From Eledone cirrhosa (taxonomy: Eukaryota), in contig OZ024743.1 in NCBI GenBank assembly GCA_964016885.1, forward strand, positions 145,080,001-145,144,000: 64,000 bases of DNA, read 5' to 3'. Numbering within the stretch: the stretch's first letter is position 1; the number at the start of each line of letters is the position of its first letter. Below the pieces are notes generated by a model. It saw nothing but the letters and a program-made list of their open reading frames with translations, was not told the DNA's origin and did not search any database. A program made the translations under genes and the position numbers. Shown in pieces: positions 55,340-64,000 of the stretch.

Positions 55340-58070
55340 TAATGTATATTAAACTATATTTAATGATGGTCCATATTTTTGAATAAACATATTTTCATTA
55401 TTTATTCGTATTTGTTCTGTTGTTTTGTCAGCGCAAAGATAACATGGGAAGACTTTGAATTTGGGTGTCTTATTACTTGCGCATATGTCTAGATGTTCAC
55501 TGAGTGGTATCTGTCTTGTGGTAGGGTCTCGTAATTGTTGGCGATGAATTGTCATTCTGTTTCTGAGTATGAGTTTAGTTTGTCCTATATAATCTTCATT
55601 GTATCCTTTACATTTAATGGCATAAATTAGATTTTTTGTTGAGCAAGTGAAGTGATTATTTACAACAAAATTTTGTCCTGATTGAAACGTATACATGGTG
55701 CCTTCAATGAGGTGAGTGCATGTTCCACAATTAGAGCGGCCACATTTTTTGACAGTTGGTTATGGGTTTGTGGTAGGTAATTTGGCATAGGTAAGTAATG
55801 TTTTTAGTGATTTCGGTTGTCTTTTGCTTTTGATTATTGTGTGTTTCAAGGGCTCTTTTCATTCTTGGGTCTTGTTTCAATAGTGGGATGTTCTTGTGTA
55901 TAATGTTGTAAGCTTCCGCATTTCTTGGGTTGTGTGTTGAGATATATGATAGAATATTGGACGTACCTTGAATTTATTTCTGTTTTCGTAATTCATCAAT
56001 GCCTATTATAGCCTATAATAGCCCTTTCTATTCCATTATTTCGAGCAGAATTCTTGAAGTCTTTTATTTCGCATTTCATAATTGGAGACAATTGTGCAAA
56101 TTATTCTTGCTACGTTAAAAGGGATGTTAGTCTTCGTGTGCTTTGGATGGTTGGAGGTGAATAGCAGGTATTGTTTGGAATCTGTTGGTTTGTAGTGTAT
56201 GTCAGTTTCAATATTTGTGTCTTTTTTATGATTTAAATGTCCAGAAATGGGAGTTGATCTTGGCTGTATTCCATTGTGAATTGGGTGTGGTCATTGATAC
56301 CGTTAATTACATTTTTGAAATCATTTAGTTGGTCGAGTGTGTGAGACCAAAGAATGAGACAATCATCCAAGTAGCGTTTCCAATTCTCTGATAAATATTT
56401 GTAGAAGTTCAATCCGTATTTTTATTTGGACTGTTCATATATCTGGACTTCCAAGTATGCCATGACTAAGTTGACATACGTTGGAGCGACTTTTGTACCC
56501 ATAGGTCCCCGATATTTGCTTGTAAGTACTGCCATCGAAATCAAAAACGTTGTTCTGTAAAAATAAATTTGAATCCCTCGGTAATGAAGCTTTTTTCTAT
56601 TCTATCAGGTATCTCATTGGGATATTTCTCTAGCCAGAATCCTATTGATTCTAGTTTGTATTGGTGTGGGGTCGCGTTGTGTAGAGATTCACTACATCGA
56701 AAGACACAACAATAATAGTGTCGTTGTTGACATGTTTGGGGAGGTTGTTTAAGAGGTCCAGATCGTCTCTTACAAGGCTTGGTATGTGTTTGAGAATTGG
56801 TTTTAGTAGTATGTCTATAAAGTTGCTTAGTCTGTGTGTTTCACATTGTGGGCCCGCTACAATTTGTCTTAATTTAAGGTCTGTGGGGTATTGTGTGTTC
56901 ACGCAGGTTGAGGTGGATTGTTTACAGGCATCGTTAATTATTTTATACCTGTGGATCTTCGGAAGTCCGTAAAGGTTGCTGGTTTTGTATTCAAAATGCG
57001 TTAAATAATTGCGTTCCGGTTTAGTATCGACAAATGAATGTGTTTAATTTGGTCATCGTTTTTGATTGCTGGTAGTTTTTTACTCTTTCATAGTAGTTAG
57101 TATCTTGTAAGAGAGAGAACATAGAATTTTCATATTATTCAGCATCCATAATGACGACAGTACTTCCCTTGTCCGCTTCCTTAATTATAATGTCAGTATT
57201 GTTTTTTAGTTCATGGATAATCTCCCATTCCCTTCGACTCGTGTTGGGTTTGGGTTTAGGTTGCGGTAGTTCATGATATGGGAAAGTTGCTATGTGGTCA
57301 CAAAATTTGTCCAGAACTCTGTTGCTACCCTTTGTTGGGTTGTAGCTGCTTTTATTCCGTACAATTGATTGGTCGTTATTCTCCTTATCAAAAGGTTCCA
57401 CTGTGAGACGTAATTTTCTACAGAAGTGTGAGATATCGTCATTTATCTCATTGAGGTTAGAGTATTGTGGTGTTGGTGTCAATTTCAATCCTTTGGAGAG
57501 AATTTTAATTTGTTGGGCTGAGAAGTTTGTATTTGAAAGGTTGATTATTTTCGGTTTTTCAAAATCGGTTTGTGCCACCGCGTGTCGTGGGTCCTGTAGC
57601 CTTGGTCTAAAAAATGATTTTTTTCTGAATTGTTTTTTCATGGGTATTATTATATCTAATGGCATTTTCCCTGTTTGTTGTGTGGTCTTGTATAGAAGTT
57701 TCGGACATATTAAGGTTCGGTTTGTTGATGGTCCGGGTTGTAAATTTTGTTCCTTTGTGTGGGTTGGGATCTACGGTTTTGGAACAGATTCTGTGTGGGT
57801 TGGAGTCTATGGTTTTGGAATAGGTTTTGTGTGGGTTGTGATCTGCGGATCGGGTCCTGTCTTGTGTTGGGGGACAGTCGTTTTTTTTAGTAGGGTTATA
57901 GTTTTGTCTATGGGTTCTGGGATTATTGTCATATATATGGCAACCACAGAGATATAAAACAATTAGTGTTATTAGGTTCACACTTTGGATGAAAGAGAGA
58001 GAAAATGTTCGACGTATCTGACGTTTATCTTTCATCGGGAAGGTACAAGTAGATTTATTAGACAACAAAA
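55340..58070 (-). mobile_element. Frameshifted PLE (Neptune-like)
   Basis: INLS, KEADKGSTVVIMD, YGLPKIH, SFDVVNLYT, RYLDD, CGRSNCGTC, LIYAIKC..YIGQT. Confidence 0.92.
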
Positions 58071-58215
58071 AATTGGGAAAGGGGGACAGGTGCGTGTGTG
58101 TGTGTTGTTTTTAATTGTTAGTGTATATCATAGTATATATTGGTGGAATTTAAATTGACACAGCAACCACACCACACTGTAAAACGCTAAGTGAGATATG
58201 CGTGCGTTTATGTGC

Positions 58216-58353
<138 letters not shown>

Positions 58354-58359
58354 ATGTGT

Positions 58360-58407
<48 letters not shown>

Positions 58408-58484
58408 ACATACACGCATGCAATCACACATACATACATACAAACATATATCATGCCATACCATGCACACACACACGCGCGCGC

Positions 58485-58527
<43 letters not shown>

Positions 58528-58531
<4 letters not shown>

Positions 58532-59388
58532 GGTGCTGGTGTTTTATTTAAATGTATATTAGACATACATGAGATTACAAGTTATCTCCTTCAAAATACG
58601 ACCCTTGGGAAGTCACACAGTGGTTACAACTTTTTTGCCATTGATCATAGCAGTACCGGAAGTCATTTTCTGTGAGTGATCTTAGCTTGTTGGTTACAAT
58701 TATTTTTATGAATTCTAGTCCCAAAACTCTTCAATTTTCATTTCAAATTAAGGAAGAGGTAGAAACCACATGGAGCTTGATCTGATCTGGGCTGGAGGGA
58801 GTATGTGAAAGAGTGGGAATGTTTTTCTTCCCCAGAAATTCTCTAATTGAACGTGCTGTGTTTGGGCACTAGTTTCAAACAAATTTTTTGCATGTGCAGA
58901 TGGTCTGTTAAAATTCTGTGAACTGTATTTTAATCCAAGCCTATTTCTTCGGCAATCACCTTAACACTTAATCGGTGATCTTTCGTCAAGACCGATCGCA
59001 CCACTTCCACACTTTGTTCATTATTTTACGAAATTTGTCTTCAATATTTTCTCGGCCATCTTTGAAAGCTTTGTGTCACTTAAAATCTTTACATTTCGAT
59101 ATCGTAGCAACTCCATAAGCTTGTGTTAAAGAATTAAATGTTTCGATGGCACATTTGTTGAGTTCCATAAAAGATTTGATCACGTGCCGTTGTTAGATAT
59201 TTTCCTGCAGCGCAAACGTAATAATGGTTAGAAACAGTAATAACTCAAGACTGACTCCATCGATCATATTGAAACAAGTAGATACGTGCAGTCAAGGTCA
59301 TAACCAACACGTCTATATACATTAACGAGGTACTGCGTTACCATCTCGTACATAAGAAAATCAGTATCCATACTTTTCGGACCCCGTA
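58528..59388 (-). mobile_element. Internally deleted mariner
   Basis: FKDGRENIED and C-terminal QGSYFEGDNL*; TA flanks; TIRs decayed. Confidence 0.7.
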
Positions 59389-59405
59389 TATATATACAAA
59401 TCCCG

Positions 59406-59456
<51 letters not shown>

Positions 59457-60169
59457 GAATCTAAACTAAATACTATCTAGATGTACACATGCATATATAT
59501 GTGTGTGTGTGTGTGTGCGTGTGTGCGTGTGTGTATTTGCGCATATATGATAAACAAATGTGTGTGTGTGCGCGCGCGAGTGGGCGCGTGATTGTTTGTG
59601 TTAAAACCTGTGTGCGTATGTGTTTGTGCAATCGATTATCGATATATTAGGTTGGACGTTGTTAAACAATATTTTGACTGCCCCGACTTGATTAGTAGAC
59701 GAAAACAATCTGCTACATTGACATCTGAAGTTTTCTCTGTCATATATATAACGTTTCGTATCTCAAAAAGAGACCTCTTTAAATCTTGATCGATGTTTTA
59801 TTTACTTTGTAGCTCAATTCATCAAGCAGTGCATGCATAAATATTGAATTATTATCACCAGATACAACACCAGTCACTTTAAGAAAGCAGTATAATGAAA
59901 TTAATATTGAATAGACGAACCAACGGGGCTGTTTTATGAAGCTACGAAGGAATGTCACGAGCCTAGGAAGTAGACTCGCAAGATAAATAAAGGAACATCA
60001 TGAAACTACCGAGAAAGACGATCAAACGCGACAGCTTCTACTTGGTGGAAATAGCAACTATATAGTTATCATATGACATGAGGGCTGGATCAGCAAAGTG
60101 ATGACTGTCGATCCAGGAGGAGTAGAGGCGTAGGAAGACCAAAAATGACTTGGGTGGATGATGTCCGTT

Positions 60170-61828
60170 AGCATAAAGCCACACGATAAAAAGATAATGA
60201 TAATAATAATTAACGATGCTGTGATCGAATGTGGCCTTTTTAGCCCAGCCTAAAATGTCTTGCACAGATTTGGCTACCATGATAAAAACATTTACTGGCA
60301 GTAGCCGGCTGTGGTTGGTCATCATGTACTTTTGCATGTCGTTCGAGCCCTCCTGCTGATCTAGACTCTTTTCCACGTGCTTGACAAGTATGATCAGTAG
60401 CATCTCCGACGGTAACCTGGTAGTCAACCACAGGTCTCACTTTGTGACTGCGAAGATGACTTTTGAGTCAAGCTTTGCTGAGGCAGAGCCTGGTACAGAC
60501 GCTGCATATCAGCTCCACAGGAGGACCTTTGCTGTCTGGAAATGTAATAGCAATACACTTCCTGACATCTCCTGTTTACTTTCTCCTATGCGATTCGAGA
60601 TGCTTCTAAAGCAACTTTCCCCTCAGGTACAATCGTTCTCCATTTTCTGCGATCAGCAGCTACGCTTTCTCGTATATCAGCAGAGATGTTAGCCTCTTTC
60701 AAGGAGGCTTTCAACGAATCCTTATACCGCTTTTGGGGTTCATGTGGAGGTCGTTTTCCTTTAACTAACTCTCCATAAAAGTTGTTTTGGTATCCTAGAA
60801 TCCCCCATCCTGGCAAAGGTGATCACACCATCGGAGTCTTTCCTTAAGCACAAGAGCTTCTATGCTTTCAAACAGAGTGCTTTCCAAAATCTCGATATCC
60901 AGTGAACGCCATGGATCCGTCTGATACATATCTGATGGAAATGTCCCAACTGTTTAAGGTGGTGTCGCAGGCATAATGAAGAGAAGAGAACACACATGCC
61001 TTGTACACCTTTACCTTTGTCTTCTTGCTTATGTCTCGCTAACACCAGAAGCGCATTTCTAGCTTTCCGAAAGCATCGCTTGCTTTCCTAATCCTGTGTG
61101 GAATTTCATTATCAAGATTGCTTCCCAGGTAGACAAACTGATCAACCACTCCAAGTATTTTACCATACACATAGATATTTGGTCTACTGTACTGTTTACC
61201 AGGGGAATGTTGGTATATGACGAGGGTTTTCTTGAGACTGACAATCAATCCTAGAGTCGTGCAAGCATCAGAAAATGCATTCAAAAGGTGTTGCATATTA
61301 ATCAATGTGTGCGCTACAAGACTGCAATCATCTGCATACAAAAGGTCTCTTATGATAGAGGTAAATAGTTTTGTTTTTGCAGAAAAGCGCGTGGTGTTAA
61401 ATATGCTGCCAGAAGTTCGACAGTTGATATAAACACCGTGCTTGCAATTCCTGAATGCAATATAGAAAACCACCGCAAAATATATGGCAAATAGGGTCGG
61501 TGCTGGAATATCCCCCTTCTTTACTCCATTTTCACTGAGATAGGCTCTGATATGCTACCTCTGACGTTAACCAAAGTCTTCATGTCGTCATGGAAAGACC
61601 TAACTAAAGCAAGGAACTTATCATGGCAACCAAGTTTCTGGAGAACCTTCCACAGTGCATTTCTGTTAACAATATCAAAAGCTTTTGTCAGATCGACAAA
61701 AACTTAATACAGATCCAAACCCTGTTCCACGCACTTCTCCTGAAGCTGTCATGCTGAGAAGATCATATCAGTAATACCGTGTCCTGCACGAAAACCAGAT
61801 TTACTTTCAAGGAGAACACAATCTGTAA
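60170..61828 (-). mobile_element. RTE (BovB-like) LINE RT and 3' end
   Basis: SGFRAGHGITDMIF, DLTKAFD, LLYADD, FVYLGS, YGELVKGKR, C-terminal zinc-finger remnant. Confidence 0.9.
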
Positions 61829-61885
61829 TACATACACATACACACACACATACACACACACACGCACACACATACACACTCACAT

Positions 61886-61955
<70 letters not shown>

Positions 61956-61990
61956 AATAACGTGCTGCGTGTTGCAAATGGGATACATAT

Positions 61991-62627
61991 GAATAAAATT
62001 AGTCCGTCATCAGTGATCTTCCAACCGTCATTGGTATTTCTTCGCATTAAAGATCATATACCTCTGGCTGGTGCGAGCAATAACTAAACAAAGTTATTGG
62101 GACACGTAAAATAGGGTGAAGCTCGCACCAGCCATTTTTCATATACATATTTATATGTTTCCCTCCGCTGTGACCCGTCTGTTTCGTTCTTACTGCTTCC
62201 CCTTTCTCTGTATCTCTCACCTTCATTTTACCCCTTCTGCCAGTCAATCTCTCTCAGCTGGCCTCTTCCTCACACTTTCACTCACTCACTCTCTGCTACT
62301 CCTCCTCTCTCACTTCCTCCCGCTTGACATGTGTGAAATCCTTTTCTCGCTTACATCTCACTCGGCTCGGACGGTCTGTATCTCTCCTCGTCTATGATTT
62401 GATCGAACTTAAGTTCACAGATATCACGGACTTGCTTCTCCTCTTCCTCTCTTTCCGTTGCATTACCATCTCTGTTTGTTTACATGTCTTGCTCGCTTCA
62501 CACTATTTTACTTGGCCCAATAACCTTTTTTTAATTATTGCTCGCACCAGCCAGAGGTATATGATCTTTAATGCGAAGAAATACCAATGACGGTTGGAAG
62601 ATCACTGATGACGGACTTATTTTATTC
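61991..62627. mobile_element. Retroelement 3' end with an inverted upstream duplicate
   Basis: 61991-62121 is the reverse complement of 62496-62627; microsatellite at the right end and close to the left end. Confidence 0.8.
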
Positions 62628-62628
62628 G

Positions 62629-62749
<121 letters not shown>

Positions 62750-62869
62750 GGGGTGAGTTTTATTGTAGTACAATAAAGCAATGCAAATATTGGATAAGTA
62801 GCACTCTACAGTTTGTAGGACTGGAGTATAAATAATATAAGATCAAAAGATGGTTAAAAGAGTTCCAAG

Positions 62870-62940
62870 TATTTTATTATGCGCATTTCAAAAACAAATA
62901 TCATCATGAGATGATATCTGCGTTTTCATCAGATAAAATA
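62870..62940 (-). ncRNA. Type I hammerhead ribozyme (left arm)
   Basis: Exact reverse complement of 63056-63126. Confidence 0.85.
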
Positions 62941-63055
62941 TGGATACATGATATGAAGGTTAAAGAACACTTGTGAATAGTGAAGTTGATTTAAATATGT
63001 TGATTTAAAACTTCACTATTCACAGGTGTTTTTTAACCTTCATATCATGTATCCC

Positions 63056-63126
63056 TATTTTATCTGATGAAAACGCAGATATCATCTCATGATGATATTT
63101 GTTTTTGAAATGCGCATAATAAAATA
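63056..63126 (+). ncRNA. Type I hammerhead ribozyme (right arm)
   Basis: tattttat-CTGATGA-aaacgcagatatcatc-tcat-gatgatatttgttttt-GAAA-tgcgca-TA-ataaaata. Confidence 0.88.
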
Positions 63127-63156
63127 CTTGGAACTCTTTTAACCATCTTTTGATCT

Positions 63157-63199
<43 letters not shown>

Positions 63200-63200
<1 letters not shown>

Positions 63201-64000
63201 CTACCGGGTAGATATAGACAGGGTTTCCTCAACATAGTTCCGTGGTTCCGATATTGTAGATTTGGATGGAGGGTGAAAACTCCACTATTCAGGTGTGGCG
63301 CCAGAAATTACTGAACAGGCGAGAGTGGGGATGCTCACAAGCCCCCAGCTTTCAGAATGTTATGGACTGGATCCCATTAGAAGGGAGGATTTGCCTCATG
63401 AAGCTTAAGCTGAAATACTTTGTGGCGGATGCAAGTTTATGCCCCAAATAAGGAGTCCAAATACAGGTCCTTACTTGATGAAGTCACTGAGGCGTTAGAT
63501 GTAGTTACGGCTGAGTCATATATCCTGGTGGGAGACTTCAATGCAGATGTTAGTACTGACCACCTGATATGAAAAGGAGTGATTGGAAGGAATGGCGACC
63601 CCGATCTAAATACGAATGGAGAGGCCTTGTTAGACTTCTGTTCTAGCAATGGACTCTCTGTTATGAACACCTTTCAGCTCAGATACATCCATAAATATAC
63701 ATGGTATAATGGGAATCAGGAACAGAGATCAATAATTGATTTTATTATTGTCTCTGATCACTTTGATTCTCTGCTGGATGTTCGTGTTAGGAAAGGGGCT
63801 GAGCTGTCAACTGATCACCATCTAGTTATCTGTAACTTGAGACTACTTAAAGCCAAAGAAGTCCACAAAACTGGCAATTCCAGGGCGACCTACAGGATAA
63901 AGTGGGACGCGTTGGTAGATAAGGAAGTTAGGTATGTAGATAATATTGCATCCAAATTCAGAGAAACTCCCTGAGCAAACCGAGGACGTTCAGACAAAGT
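63200..64000 (+). mobile_element. RTE LINE APE endonuclease region (runs off the window end)
   Basis: YAPN, VGDFNA, NGEALLDFC, YTWY, SIIDFI, STDHHLV. Confidence 0.9.

Larger units (their letters stand above)
62832..63164. mobile_element. 333-bp fold-back element with two outward-facing hammerheads
   Basis: Arms 62832-62987 and 63009-63164; apex contains a duplicated gttgatttaaa; ends in (TA)n. Confidence 0.88.

Noticed and set aside
57990-58045. HHR at the 5' end of the 55-58 kb PLE
   Set aside because: Two core substitutions (CCGATGA, GAAC) and poor stems.

Overview
This is AT-rich eukaryotic DNA saturated with microsatellites; the SINE set and repeat density suggest an octopus-like cephalopod (inference). 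No intact host gene is visible, and most ORFs in the supplied track are microsatellite artefacts. The window is mostly decayed transposons: five Penelope-like element (PLE) remnants, two L1/Tx1 LINEs, several RTE LINE pieces, a complete hAT element with an 8-bp TSD, a mariner, Helitrons and several SINE families. Two things are not explained by the ORF track. (1) Many minimal hammerhead ribozyme (HHR) motifs occur, several inside 315-333 bp fold-back palindromes next to (TA)n tracts that carry one ribozyme on each strand. (2) The unique sequence left between the transposons from about 41.9 kb down to 11.1 kb reads on the minus strand, in order, as a decayed signal peptide, many LRRs, LRRCT, TM and protein kinase, i.e. 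a shattered LRR receptor-kinase pseudogene. All assignments come from manual translation and folding, not database searches.
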